From the NCBI RefSeq assembly GCF_003704095.1, contig NW_020846747.1:558001-622000 (forward strand): DNA of 64,000 bases, given 5' to 3'. The DNA is from Pocillopora damicornis. Its lineage: Eukaryota. Position 1 is the first letter of the stretch. Every line of letters begins with the position of its first letter. Positions 1-12,802 of this stretch are shown here, piece by piece. The notes beneath the pieces were generated by a model. It did no database searches, was not told the DNA's origin, and saw only the letters and a program-made list of their open reading frames with translations. The position numbers and the translations under genes were made by a program.

Positions 1-3000
1 AATTTTTATGTCAGTGTCACGCTAATATTTGACTAAGCAGCCCTAAAAATCTTTCTGTCCCTCCATAAAAACAAATAATCATGCCTTTTTTGACGTGAGG
101 AATATGATACGAAAGCTGCTTATTATTCACGTCGAACAAAATTAATTATTAATGATCGACAAGCCTGGATTCAGCTGTTTTAGCAAAGTTCCCTTTCATC
201 GCAACGAAATCGAACATTCTAGACAATTTTTCCACGTTTTTTGAGGGATATTTCTCGTTTGCATAGTCATGAAAATATGGCAATGTTTTCCCCGAAAATT
301 TCTAAAATTAATCGCCTTTAAAGTCGCGCAGAATCTAACTTACATACGTTCAGAGCCTAACTCATTCTTTATTCCCTACACCTGAAATTATCAATACTCC
401 ACGCACTAAGACTTGAATTTGTCTACCTACAAATTATTTTTTTGTCCTCCAAAACTCGAACGGCGTTCTGCATGGCTGAGGAATGAATTTCACCCTTGTA
501 TAGAAAAGGATAAATGGGTTATTTACGCTGAAAAATGATTTTCTCATTTTTCTTGGTATTGGCACACCCTGTGTACACAAATAGAAGGAAAATTCAACAC
601 TAAGCTAGCGTCTTCGGTACAAATAATATATATTTGCACCGAGAAAAGAAAACAGGAATTGTAATTAAAAGTTTCCATTCCATACTAACAATTTTCTATA
701 CTAACAACCATGGCTTTTAACAGCCTACAAAACAGGACGCAGAGCCGAAGAAGAAGAAGATTAGAACTGGAAAAGTAGAAAGGCAGAATGAGAAGCCATT
801 TTTATACCACGTTAACAAGTTTAGTTTTAGTGATATCTTTCTGAAAGCGTTCGGCGGTGTTAAAATGTCTGTTATAAAAGGTTAGTTCTGATGAAAAAGG
901 TAAAGAGATAAATTGGAAGGAACAGTTCAATAGTAACAATTGCGGTCGTCTTCTGCGTCTTCTCCTTCTTAGCCCTAGAAGCTCTGTGTTGTGGCTTCGA
1001 CGATTCACGCGCAGTCATATAAAACCACACCTTGAACTAACAAAGCCGTCTTTCCCCCGCTGCGTGTGTTTGACATTTACTGCTGAGTTTTTTCTCTTTA
1101 AAGCATGATGGCTTGCGATTATAAGTCTCTTTTCATGTTCTTCAAGCTGATTGGTTAATTATAAACAGAGGAACAAAGCTTTGTGCATTTTTTATGAGCG
1201 TTTTGCATGACAATCCGCTTCCAATCAATTCACAGAATTAATATACCTCGGTAGCTGAGCACATTGAGGTCTAAATTATGTTCCATTTCTATTCTCAATT
1301 TAGAATCTCTGTATTATTGGTGTTTGAGCATGAATTGCCTCCATTTCTCTCTTAAAACCATCCTTAACACAAAAAGACAATTTTTGCTGTATACCGACAG
1401 TCTCAATGTTTTTGCAATAATTTGACATAAATCGAAAAAAATGAAACTTGAGGAACGTTTGCATATAAAATGAGTTTGTTTGCAGACCATACTGGCAGCT
1501 TGAATTGAAAGGAGATCACGTAACCGCTAAAAGTGTAAACTTAACCCTAAAACCTTCTTTTTGTCGAAAGATCGACTTCTCTGAACGTTAAAATCTTTTG
1601 AAACACATTGTGCGAGCTCACAATAATATTTTTTTTTAAATATCTTTGAGCACGCGCAGTCGTGCAGCAGAACAGGTGCGACCGCTGCCAACTGATAGTA
1701 ACCCTTGCTGTGTGAGCGCCACAACTATAATTTGGCGTTAAAAACAACCTCAAATAAAAAATCAAGGCAGTCGTTTTTTGCATTGGAAGTTCGAAACCGT
1801 CTTAGTGCTTCAAATTTTTGCTTTGGTAAGCGACAAGCAGGATTTGAAAGTGGGTTTCGTTCGTCACAAGAACCGTTTACACCTCACATGTTAACAAGAT
1901 TGAACCGACGGATATGAAAATTTAGCAAGCCAAAAATCTTACCAGAGACAAACTTAGATAAATTGAGTATTTCTACTTATTCTATACGTCTTTTATTGGA
2001 CACTTTATTCATTGATTGATCTGACAGTATGAAAAATTTGCATTAAAAAGAACGCGTATTTTTTTTTGTCAAAGACGACCTTGGTATAGCTTCTGTCTCT
2101 AAGAAGATGACACATTCAGAAAATAGTTGCTCATGGAAAGCGATTGCGCTGTTTATTTCAACATATTTTCTTAAACTATGATGAAATATTTTTCATATTG
2201 ACGAAATAAAACTTAAAGGAAGAACGTCTTTGGAGCGAATCATAAGCGACAAAACGAAAAACTCTGGTAAAATATTCCAAAATTTGATCATTGTTCCAAC
2301 TTAAACAAAATCTAACATAGGCTCCTGGGAAAAAAAAATCATTTTATGATGATAAATCCATATTTAGTTTTTGAAAGCGTTATTCTTTGCTGAAAGCTGT
2401 AAACCCAAAATGGATAATTTCTCAGTTTTCCAGATTATCGGAAAAATTGACAAGTCTCCTCTTTCATAGGAGGACATGAATTCTATGGTTTAATTTATGC
2501 TGATTCTGCTCTTGTAGATTAGAAATGTCCGGCAATCGTAAGAAATGAGATTTTCCATTGTGGATTAAAAGATAATTTCATATAATATGCACGGAAGATA
2601 CTTCGCTCGACTTTGCTTGACAATTTTCTTGAAAGTGCGAAAACCATAAACAAATGAAGAACCCTTTGTTTCCGAGCGATAACACAAAAATGAGATGACA
2701 GAGGGAAACAATTATGAAAAAAATATAAATTGCTTGAAGATTTGAAGATTCATTTTGCAGCCTTTATTGAAGTCATTGGCAGTCCCGCTGCGTAAGACTA
2801 AACTTTTTGAAAAGCTTTTTCCCAGCGAATTGCAACTTTAATTTGTTTCTTTGCGAACTGATATTTCAGCGACATTTGTGGTAACGTCATTGTTACTTGA
2901 AACTCTGAAGTTAAATCTTGGTCAATTCAAAGGAAGCGTCCTCAATTAACTTTCATAAATGATATAGGTTTATCTAAATATTTGACAGCCTTCGTGGTCG

Positions 3001-5334
3001 TTTCAGTCTACTGACCAAACAAATACTGCACATGAAAGAAGTAATATGCTTAACTTTTCATCAAGATAACGACATTTCAAAAGTAAATCGAGTCAATATT
3101 TGAAACGGATTCAAGTTTAATATATCCGATTTTTTGCATACCATGAACTTGACAAACAATGTCAAATGGCTGAAGCGTGATGACTCGCCAATTGCTGTTC
3201 GGCTTGAAGCTTTTGGTGAGAAATATTAAACCGGCTTAAGAATAATACATGAAAATTTGCTGAAGTCCTAGTTATTATAACTGTTCGCCATGAACATGTT
3301 CACTGATTTCAATAGACAACAAAAGAAGCAGATTATACTAATAACCACAACATTCACACACACAGTTTTCTAAAACGGAAATTCAAGATAGATATCACAA
3401 AAGTGATCTATAGTGTTTCCCTTGGTTTAGCGGTGTTCGATTTGGAGTGAGTTTGACAACCGAAATTCTGAACGGTTCTCTCCTCGATCACGTGATATTC
3501 CACTGCATCTGCACTTGCGCAAATCCTGCGATCAGTAACCTTGCGCAGTTCGGGCTCGTTCTGGAATTGGACGAGAGAACATTGAGTTTTGAAAGCAAAT
3601 AAACATCCCACAATAGAGTCTCTTCCACACGGCTATAAAAGCAGGAAAGTTGAAGAGTTTTACCATACTTACAATGCACTGGAGCAACTGTGATCAAGAA
3701 GGCAGTTCTCCCGAAGCGAGGCCAACTCACCACGCACAAACTGGCTGAGCTTCGCGTGTTTCCTACTCGAGTGGGTGGCGCGGTGTTAAATTTTTGTTAG
3801 TCGGGCAAACCTGCGTTCGCGCTCGTTCGCCCTGCGAGGATCGAGATTGAACACGAGACGAGGAGACGAATTGAAGAAGATGAAGAAGAATAATCAGCGG
3901 TCGATGCTTTCTCTTCAGCTGTTCAGATGTTTACTGAATCGTATTTCATATTTTAAAAGACTTTTCTATAACGGGGAAACGAATTTCTATTGCTGTTTAA
4001 TTTCGATCGAACTGCATTTTTCTTTTGGTATATTATGTATCACACGTCCGTAGCTAATCTGAAGTTCATCTCAACCAGAACTCTTCTTTTCTGCATGTGG
4101 CATCGTGTAACTTAAGTCGTGTACTTGGCATCGTGTAACTTGAGTCATGTAAGCAAAACGCTGGTTCATTTAAGAAGCTGGTAGACGGAAAAGTCAACCG
4201 AACAGTTTCTTCTCGAATTAACAGCTCTAGAAATTGCCCTCGGTAAAAATTCCTTCTCAAATCTAATCTAAGTACTGCTTTATCCCCTCCTACTAAAGTT
4301 TCTCGGTTATTCTTTAAAACCTTAGCTGTTAATTGCAACTTTGCGGCTCAAATGAGCGAGACAAAAATGGAAAATGTCTTGTGTCAATCAAAGGTTTTTT
4401 GAATCTTTATTAAATCCTCCTTTACGAACAGTAGAGTTTTAATATGTCGTGCAAACCTATTTCTTATTAAACAAATTGATAAGCAATTCGGGTGTTCACT
4501 GCTTTAGCTTTCTGGCAAAGACAATTTGACGCGAGACACAGGCTTTAGTGGCGCACAATTTGATCGAGATACAGGGGCTAAAAATTATTTATTTAACACT
4601 GCGGGTTTCCCCCTGGCTCGTTCGAAGGGCTTGTGTTGTTTACACAAGTAAAGAAACAGTGTTGTTCCAAAAACACTGTCGCGGCAAAGTAGATATTTTT
4701 TCCCTTGGGAGTTAATATGCACGTGCAGGAGACACAACAGACATCTAACGTTCTATTCATTGTTTTTATTTTAAAATATCTTATGTTCTCGACCTTCCTG
4801 TTCGTAATTCATATTTGTACGGAAGGTTCTGAATTCGTGTTACTTGCAGCTCAAGTGCAACTGCTTGCTGTACCACAACACAAAAACGAGACCTCAGTCT
4901 CAAGATTTAAAAATGGAAAACTCTTCTTTTAGATTTTTCAGAACCTTTGGTATTAGGTTTGGGTACAGTTCAAACAGAACTTTACTAAGATAAGAGGCAG
5001 CTGTTTCTTCATAGGACACCGCTAACAATTTACCTTAAAAGCTTTTTTCTAGGTCTTTTGTCCCTGGCAAGTTGCTATTAACAAAGAAAATACTGGTGTA
5101 TATTGTTCATTTTGACGCCTTCACTTTTTAAAAGCAAATCCCTTAACATTTTTGCAAAAGAAACTGTGGCAGGACGTAAGAATTTATTCAATGTTATTAA
5201 CCACATCATTAGCAGGACCTCCTTCATTTGAACCATGATGTCGCACCACTTCGTAAATTTTCTCCCAAATGCAATAAAGTTTGTGTTTCATACTATAAAA
5301 GCCCTAAACTTGGATACCAATAACTTGGATTGCG

Positions 5335-5380
5335 ATAGATTGAGTCGATTTATGGCCATAGATTGAGTCGATTTATGGCC
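5335..5380. repeat. Perfect 23-bp tandem duplication
   Basis: ATAGATTGAGTCGATTTATGGCC x2. Confidence 0.9.
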
Positions 5381-7258
5381 AATCGGGAAAAAAAAGGAAA
5401 ATGTTAATGATATCGTCTTGAACAAATATTATTGCATTTGGATCGCTGCGGCAGCGGTAAAATGGAGACTTTCTTCAAAATGACATATCAAATTTTTCCT
5501 ATGTACACAAACTTTCAAACCTTACACCTGTTAATATGCAAGCTTTTTCAGAATATTACCCAAGGCTAAATTTAATTAAAGGAAAAGTCGTGGGCTGCAA
5601 AGTTTTTAAAAGAGACTTATTAGCCATGTACTAATTTTTTAGGATGTGGATCGACTTTCATGTAAAATTGATTACAAAGTGATAAAAGGGGATCCGACTT
5701 TTTAAAGTCAATAGACGTTCGCATTAGTGACAAAACCTAAAAACAAACGAATCGCAATTCCATCGGGAAAAAAAAACAGCAAAGCAAGCTTGGGTCTACA
5801 TGAGTCAGTCGTTACTTGACTCAAGTCGTCACAGAGCAGGGATCGAAAAAAAAACTGGCTAGAGACACTTGGCAAATTTGATTTACGACGAAATGCTAGA
5901 TCCAAAGAACTTCATTTCCTCCAAGGACGCTCGCCAGTCGTTTGTTGAAAGGATTGGAGATGGATAGAAGTATAGTGTGTCATCAAGTTATGGCATATCT
6001 GTCTTTTATCAGTCTGAGCTTCCGAACGCCAAATTTATGTCATAGGTAACAATACCTTGCCAAAAAAATAAAATAAAACTAGAAACACAAGCTTGCTTGC
6101 CACTGCAATCACAATGGAAATGAATCTAAGAAATTTACTATTCAAGACCTGAACCTGAACGATGTTTCTCTTACTGATATTTTAACATATGAAAAAGATT
6201 TAATCCAGTCAGTCATGAAAAAAAAAATGTATTGCATTTGACAGTGTCACCCAATTTGGAACGCATTTAATTAAAATTTACCGTTCTTAGCTTCGAGAGT
6301 GACTTAACCAATTTTCCAGTAAATACGGTAAATATAAAGCAAATTCTCATAATTTGTTTTTGTATCAACTCCACGTTGTAAAAGGCCCTGTGAGAGTTCT
6401 ATGTCGTGCACTAAACCCTCCGATGAGCTCCGGCACAGGAGGGGGAGGGGGAATTAGGGTTGACGAGTGTGGGGGCTTTAAGTACCACAACGTGAGACAT
6501 TCTTTTACACTTGCCTATGAGGTTATTACGGGGGCTAACGGGGCAGTACGTGGATGAAATGGGACACTACGGGGGTGTTACACGAGAGAAAGTGGTTTCA
6601 AATTAATGAAGCAAGAAATTAGAGAGCTACGAGTGTACAACACAATCAATCAACAAATGCGTTTAATCTTTTATTTTTAAATAGTTTCAACAGAAAAACA
6701 AAAGAAAAAAAGACAAAAAGGTATTGGAAATTGGCTAATGTTGAGTTAATCTTGAAAGTTCCCCTAACTAGATTTAAACTAAACACAATCAGTTGCAGAT
6801 GATTGATTAATCTTTTGATTACGAGTTAATAATTTGCGCTTAGTCTTTGACCCTGTTTACTTTAACGAGTTTCGCATTGACTTTTTTTAATCTACGAAAA
6901 TAAGGAAACGCACTTTTTGACACCTGATTGAAATCGGAAACCTTTTTCTATAAACAGAATCTACTAAACTTTAATCTTGAAGCCACTTCAATCACTACAT
7001 CACTGGAACTACATCACATTGAGAACTCAACCAATAATAAACTTCTTTTGTTCTTCTAATCATTAAATCAAAACCGCCCACATCAGACTAGAATTTCTAC
7101 TTGGAATTGCACGAGTAAGTTTTAAAATGAGGTCACCACGATAATTTGAGCAGGAACATTAAGAACTCGCCATGAATTATATTGTCTAACTTGCTATGCA
7201 GGATAAGCGTAGTTTTATTTCATCTGATAGTTTATCCATATGGTAAAACAGCATTTTG

Positions 7259-7511
7259 AGTAGTAGATAGAAAAAGCTGGTTCTGACGCACTTTGGAGAC
7301 AACCTTGATTTCAAGGCAACTCATGGCGTCAACCTCTATTTCAGAGTTGACATGAAGTCAACCTTGATTTCAAAGTACAGTTCTGACAACTTTGGAGACA
7401 AACTTGATCTTAAAGGAAAGTCATGAATTAAACCTTGTAATCAAGGTTGATTTCAAAACAAAACAGTTTTTGTGCACTTTGAAATCGAGGTTGATTTCAA
7501 AAGGCAACTTG
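7259..7511 (+). repeat. Left terminal inverted repeat of the Polinton-like element (truncated by gap)
   Basis: AGTAGTAGATAGAAAAAGCTGGTTCTGACGC...AACCTTGATTTCAAGGCAACTCATG is the reverse complement, with mismatches, of CATGAGTTACCTTGAAATCAAGGTT...GCGTCGGAACCGGCTTTTTCTATCCACT at 14724-14787. Confidence 0.88.
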
Positions 7512-7858
7512 NNNNNNNNNNNNNNNNNNNNNNNNNNNNNNNNNNNNNNNNNNNNNNNNNNNNNNNNNNNNNNNNNNNNNNNNNNNNNNNNNNNNNNNNN
7601 NNNNNNNNNNNNNNNNNNNNNNNNNNNNNNNNNNNNNNNNNNNNNNNNNNNNNNNNNNNNNNNNNNNNNNNNNNNNNNNNNNNNNNNNNNNNNNNNNNNN
7701 NNNNNNNNNNNNNNNNNNNNNNNNNNNNNNNNNNNNNNNNNNNNNNNNNNNNNNNNNNNNNNNNNNNNNNNNNNNNNNNNNNNNNNNNNNNNNNNNNNNN
7801 NNNNNNNNNNNNNNNNNNNNNNNNNNNNNNNNNNNNNNNNNNNNNNNNNNNNNNNNNN
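7512..7858. other. Assembly gap (others at 20306-20405, 30374-30788, 31040-31139, 48977-49183)
   Basis: Runs of N. Confidence 0.99.
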
Positions 7859-7859
7859 G

Positions 7860-8182
7860 TTCAGCTGTTGTCTTAGCAGCTGGAACAACAACAAGTTGCT
7901 TACGGTCCAGGATTTGCCACATAAATAAACACAGATCCGAGATCGTGATTATCACCTTCTTTGAAGCGGAAGTCTGTATCTGATGAAATTCCAAATTCTG
8001 CTCATATTCGTTTGAACGATGGCGTGTCATAATCATTATTTAGCTGATTGAACGGTGGGTTACCAGGAAGAGCCGATTCACTTTGAATTCCACCCATCTC
8101 AAAGTGAATCCCTCTGACGGTGAAGTAGATGTGAAACATGAGAAACGACTCGATCTGTTCCAGATTTCAGGTATTTTTGCAT
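7860..8182 (-). pseudogene. Decayed divergently oriented ORF of the Polinton-like element (unknown function)
   Basis: The minus strand reads FLMFHIYFTVRGIHFEMGGIQSESALPGNPPFNQ/(frameshift)NNDYDTPSFKRI*AEFGISSDTDFRFKEGDNHDLGSVFIYVANPGP. It is protein-like, interrupted by a stop and a frameshift, and runs into the gap. Confidence 0.55.
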
Positions 8183-8280
8183 GGAATCAACTTTTCTGAT
8201 TCTTTTATGCCTATTGGAATTAAATTTGTTTTCATTTTAATAAAATGTACGAAATTTTAAAAAATTACGTAATATAAAAA

Positions 8281-10470
8281 ATGGAAAACATGAAGGTTCC
8301 CAGATTTAAGAGCAGAGGCAAAACCACTCGGACTCAAAAGATATTCAAGACTTAGAAAGCAGGATTTTATTTAGTTGATCAGCCAGTTCCAAAAATTGAA
8401 GTTCCACTGCTGGCACCAACAAAGATATGTCGTTTTTAAGCCGCAAGTTAATGAATCTGAACAACAAAGAAATCGAGGAGATGCTCTGAGGCAACCCAAA
8501 AAGCTATCCCGAAAATCAAAGTATCAAGTCCAGAAGAAAGAAAGCGAGAAGGAAAAATCGGAGAAAACAAAGAGATTGATAGGAAAAGCATTCAACTCAG
8601 AATAGACAAACAGCCACTGCATTGAGAGGTTTCACGAGGCAATTTAAAATTGAGGGCGTTGAAGGTTTTGGAGAAGGAGAATTTTGCAAACGGCAAAACC
8701 CTAAGTCTTGAGGCTAGCGAGAGAGAATCGTAGGACAACAGTCATGACGATTTTAAATTGCAAGATGGATAGAAAAGAATTATTCAGTGAGAATGTTGAA
8801 CTTTTGAATCCTTATATCCAAAGCTAAGTAATCGAAAATCCTGAAGCAATAGATGAATCCGAAGACTTTGACGGTTCAATGGATGCCATTCAAGAAAGAA
8901 TTCAGAGTTTTAGTTAAAGAGGAAGCAAACTAGAAATTTCGAAGAATGATATCTCTTGACATCCCTCTTGCGGAATACAGACCGTTAAACAGTAGCTCTG
9001 AAATCGAGCTCGCAGAATTCACTTAAAGTAAGGAAGCAGTCGTGAATATTAAAAATGCAGATAATCAGTGTTTCAAGTAGTGCATAACAAGAGCGCCTAA
9101 ACCGGTTAAAAAAGACCCATAAGGAATCACAAGACTCATCAGAGCACAATCTGAGCAGCTTAACTGGAGTAATATCAACTTCCCTATGAAGCTGACTGAT
9201 ATAAGCAAGTGTGAAAAGCAAAATGAAAACATTGCGGTAAACGTACTTGGTTATGAACGTGATTTTTTCAACTGAGGATCAGCAAAGAGAAAAATAGGAC
9301 ACATATTAATGTTCTTCTCATTTCAGATATACATTACTGCCTGATAAACAGGCTGCTACCAAATCAAACCTCCAAGGATGAGAAAGCAAAAGAGTATTTC
9401 CTCAGGTGTCTGAACCACTTCTCAAGCAAAGAAAAGCTTGCACTCCATGTAGTGCAAAGAGCGAGGATTACGATGTTGCTCGCATCCTCGTTGAACTACT
9501 TGAAAACATCGAGGAGATTCCTAGAGAATTCGACTTCAATAAGAAGATGGTCTTAAGCGGTGAAGACAGGCGTAATTCTAAACAAGCAACACACTTCTGG
9601 ATTTTCAAAACTTCATTTGACAATGACAAAGTCAGGGACCACTGCCGTTTCACAGGGAAGTACGAAGCCCCGGCTGAAGAAACACATTGAGCTAAACACG
9701 AAGCTGCAAGAAAATGCAAAGAATGAATTCGAGACAGAGTTTTTCAAGTCGATGAGCAATTCTTTTGTCGGAAATACTATGGAAAACATCAGGAATTGTG
9801 TGGATGTGTGATTGATCAGCAACCGCAAGAGAACATTGAAACTTTCAGCAAAACACAACTTAAAACATTTGACAATTTTTGATGAAAAGCTCGCGACCAC
9901 ATAAAGCGAACTAAGCTGGTGTTCGACAAGCCAGTCTATTGTGGAATGAGCATCCTTGACATTAGCAGGACTCTGATGTATGATTTTCACTATAACTAAA
10001 TCAAGATTACGTATGGAGATCGTGCGAAGCTTCTATTCACAGACACTGACAGTCTCGCTTACGAGATTGCAACTGAAGAATTCTACAAGGATGGAGGTTA
10101 AGATCTTGAAGATAAGTTCGACACAAGTAATTGCCCTGAAGAGTCACGTTTCAGGGATCCCAACTGGCTGCAACAAGAAGGTCGTGGGAATGATGGAGAG
10201 GCTAGTGGAGAGGTCATTGAAGAGTTTGTTGGATTGAGAGCAAAACTCCACAGCTACAAAAGTATTGAAGAAAAGAGGAGAAGAAGAGTAAAGGGAATTA
10301 AGAAGGCTGTAATAATGAAGAATATAACTCACGGCGACTATGGGGAGTGCTTATTCAGCGGAAACATGCAAATGAGGAAAATAAATGTAATAAGATCACA
10401 TAAGCCCTAAGTCTTCACTGAGACCATCAAGAAGATAACTTCGAATGCTAATGATGACTAGAGAATAATA
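8281..10470 (+). pseudogene. Protein-primed family B DNA polymerase (pPolB), frameshifted and internally deleted
   Basis: Successive fragments are DLRAEAKPLGLKRYSRLRK (N-terminal helical motif), VNIKNADNQCFK, NINFPMKLTDISKCEKQNENIAVNVLGY and KVRDHCRFTGKY (endonuclease-VII-like motif). These are followed by motif [41 protein letters not shown], motif C LLFTDTDS (FTDTDS at 10036-10053) and FVGLRAKLHSY...KGIKK. Multiple stops and frameshifts. Confidence 0.9.
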
Positions 10471-10489
10471 AGAGAAGATAACAAAAAAT

Positions 10490-11085
10490 ATGAATCCTGA
10501 TAATATTCCATGCAATGCATTAATAGTCGGACCTACAAATTCAGGAAAGTCAAGATACCCGGTCAATCTCTCGAGCACCACCTTCCGAGAAAAGGTCCAT
10601 TACATTGTACTGATTTGTGCAACATTCATCCACAACATTGCATATGATGGCTTCGCAGAAGATGACAAGGACGTAGTTACCTTGACTCCAATCCAAGATC
10701 AGATTGGTGACAGGCTTAAGTTAACAAGTTTTGCGTCTGAGGAAACAAATACACTGATTATTCTCGATGATTGCCCTACTTCCAGAGATGTGAAGTAAAG
10801 GAGGAATGAACTCGAGAATTTAGCATTCAACGCACGACATGAAGGAATCAGCGTTTGGGTCATCATAGAGCAGATGAAAAGCATCGCGACGGCATTCAGA
10901 GAGAGAACACTGCAGCATTAGTTCTCTTCTACACACCATCTTAAGATCATTTCCAGAATTATGCAGGTGAGTTAATGAAATAATAATAAGGAACAATTGG
11001 TAGCAAGGTTAAAGAGTGAGAAGTATTCACATCTCATATTCCCACTTCGCCATCCCTTCAGTATAGATTTTATAATTCAATATAT
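10490..11085 (+). pseudogene. A32/FtsK-HerA family DNA-packaging ATPase
   Basis: Walker A GPTNSGKS (10529-10552), Walker B LIILDD, then after a premature stop ARHEGISVWVIIEQ (Arg-His motif of packaging ATPases). 3' end approximate. Confidence 0.85.
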
Positions 11086-11088
11086 CAA

Positions 11089-11511
11089 ATGGATATGAAT
11101 GGAAAAGAAGCAATCACAGGTGCTATAAGTATTCTAGAAGCTCAACCCAAAATCTCTTCAGATCATCGAGAGCAGCTCGCTGTTCTCGTTGCAAGTGGTA
11201 AAGCGAAGGAAATGATTGGTGAATCTCTCACTCAGGATCAAGTAAAGAAGCTTTCTGAACAAGATGTGGAGAATCATTTTAAGGGATATGAAACTTCAAA
11301 GACTTGAGATGCAATGGTTGATAAACGTCTTCAGCTTTCATGTAATACATTGGCTCATTTTCTCCCTGTTGATGAAGGAAAACTTCTGAAGGACTTGAAC
11401 GAAAACTTAATGGTAAGAGAACTCGGAATGATTGCTAGTGGATTGAGTCTAAACTATGGAAAGTACATGGCAATCGCAAGTGCTGCTCTTCTCACTGTCA
11501 AAAAATGTTGA
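11089..11511 (+). pseudogene. Polinton-associated hypothetical protein split by a stop; hydrophobic C-terminus
   Basis: Two consecutive same-frame ORFs (11089-11307 and 11314-11511) separated by one stop, ending in a hydrophobic stretch (YGKYMAIASAALLT). Confidence 0.5.
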
Positions 11512-11653
11512 AGTACCCTTCAAATCGCCTTCGGTCAATAATGAGGAAATAGACAGTAGTTGTCGAGAAACTGATTAATTTCTTACCAATGACTTGAGAA
11601 AGAACTTGTGTAAGTACTTAATAAGAACTTAAAATTATGTATAAACAAACAAA

Positions 11654-12029
11654 ATGGATAGTAAAAGAACCCAAGACTGAAGAACCCAAGACTGAAGAAG
11701 CACCGGCTCAACAGTGACTTCAACCGTTAACAATAAGACGAAACCAAATAAAGACCCAAGGCGTGTCGAAGCTGGCAAAAAAATTGCTGAACACAACAAG
11801 AGGGAGAGAAAAAAAGAAGAAGAAAGGAAGTTTAAATCAACCAGAACCAGAACCATCATCATCATTCTCACTCACTCATATTCTTTCAGAAGCAAGTGTC
11901 GTTCTCTCACTGGCTATAAAAGAAGAGTTGATGGCTCTCGTTAATAAACAGGCACACCGACAGCAAAACACACAAACACAGATTCCGGTGAGTAAAACAA
12001 ATCGATTGATTTTTTTTCTGTCTACCTAA
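11654..12029 (+). pseudogene. Polinton-associated small basic protein (KDPRRVEAGKK motif), frameshifted
   Basis: Basic helical motif KDPRRVEAGKKIAEHNKRERKK. After a frameshift come PEPEP and a hydrophobic segment. Contains a 15-bp tandem duplication (GAACCCAAGACTGAA x2). Confidence 0.45.
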
Positions 12030-12033
12030 TAAA

Positions 12034-12231
12034 ATGTCTGATAATAAGCTTGTAAAAGCATTGACTAGATTGGCTGCTGGACTCGGATGGGTTGCAAAGA
12101 AAGTCATCAAGGAACCGATGACCTCTGATCCGAGTTCAAATCTCATGAACTATGTGAAGTTCACTGTCGTGATCGCTGCATCAATCGCAACAAGAAGATA
12201 TGTTGAAGAACAAAAGATTTTACCATCTTAA
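12034..12231 (+). CDS. Small (65 aa) predicted membrane-interacting protein of the Polinton-like element
   Basis: Intact ATG-to-stop ORF with an amphipathic N-terminal helix (LVKALTRLAAGLGWVAKKVI) and a hydrophobic helix (YVKFTVVIAASIAT). Confidence 0.55.
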   Translation: MSDNKLVKALTRLAAGLGWVAKKVIKEPMTSDPSSNLMNYVKFTVVIAASIATRRYVEEQKILPS

Positions 12232-12390
12232 AAATATTCAGCCGATTTACAATTAAGTTAGCCGCAGCCTGCGCGATAATCGAGACTGCCTTAATATTCT
12301 ATATCCACGAGACAGAAGAAGAACTCAGTCAAAAGTTTCACGATTAATACTTGTTGTCGATTTTCAAAAATAAAGATGAAGATGAATAAA

Positions 12391-12790
12391 ATGGCAAGCA
12401 TAGCAATAATGATTGGAGGAGCGCTCATCAATGCGACCACCTTAGTTGGTGGAAGCTATCTCGCAAAGTATTTGAGTGGAGACCAGAATATTGTTAAAGA
12501 GAAGAAGAAGAGGCACGATCTTGCTGTGGAGAAGTACCTCCACAGAATTATCAAGAAAATCGAACAAAGGCACTCGATTGGATTGCACTTATGACAAAGT
12601 CACGGAGCAGGCAAGACGAATTTGGTGTACACAGATCATGCTTTGAAGCTGTACAACAAGGCGCATAATCAAGAGCTTGATCTGAGTTTTCCGACTTCTA
12701 CAAGTCAAGTACTTCGCAAAAGCAAGGTGAAATGATCTACGTCGGTGGAATGGCTTTGGATTTAGGAATGGATGTCAGTCGTTTCTGGTG
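12391..12790 (+). pseudogene. Small Gly/Ala-rich hydrophobic protein of the Polinton-like element, frameshifted
   Basis: MASIAIMIGGALINATTLVGGSYLAKYLSG followed by charged coiled-coil-like KEKKKRHDLAVEKY. It continues out of frame towards a second hydrophobic stretch near 12730-12770. Confidence 0.5.
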
Positions 12791-12802
12791 AACTATTTCA
12801 AA

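Noticed and set aside
2000-3300. Possible decayed coding sequence (purine-rich plus strand); similar impression at 13610-14500 and 14930-15400
   Set aside because: Frequent stops in all frames and no motif I can assign; needs tBLASTx.
7392-8036. Long ORFs spanning N runs (also 20140-20448, 30189-31217 and 48917-49216)
   Set aside because: Artefacts of translating through assembly gaps.
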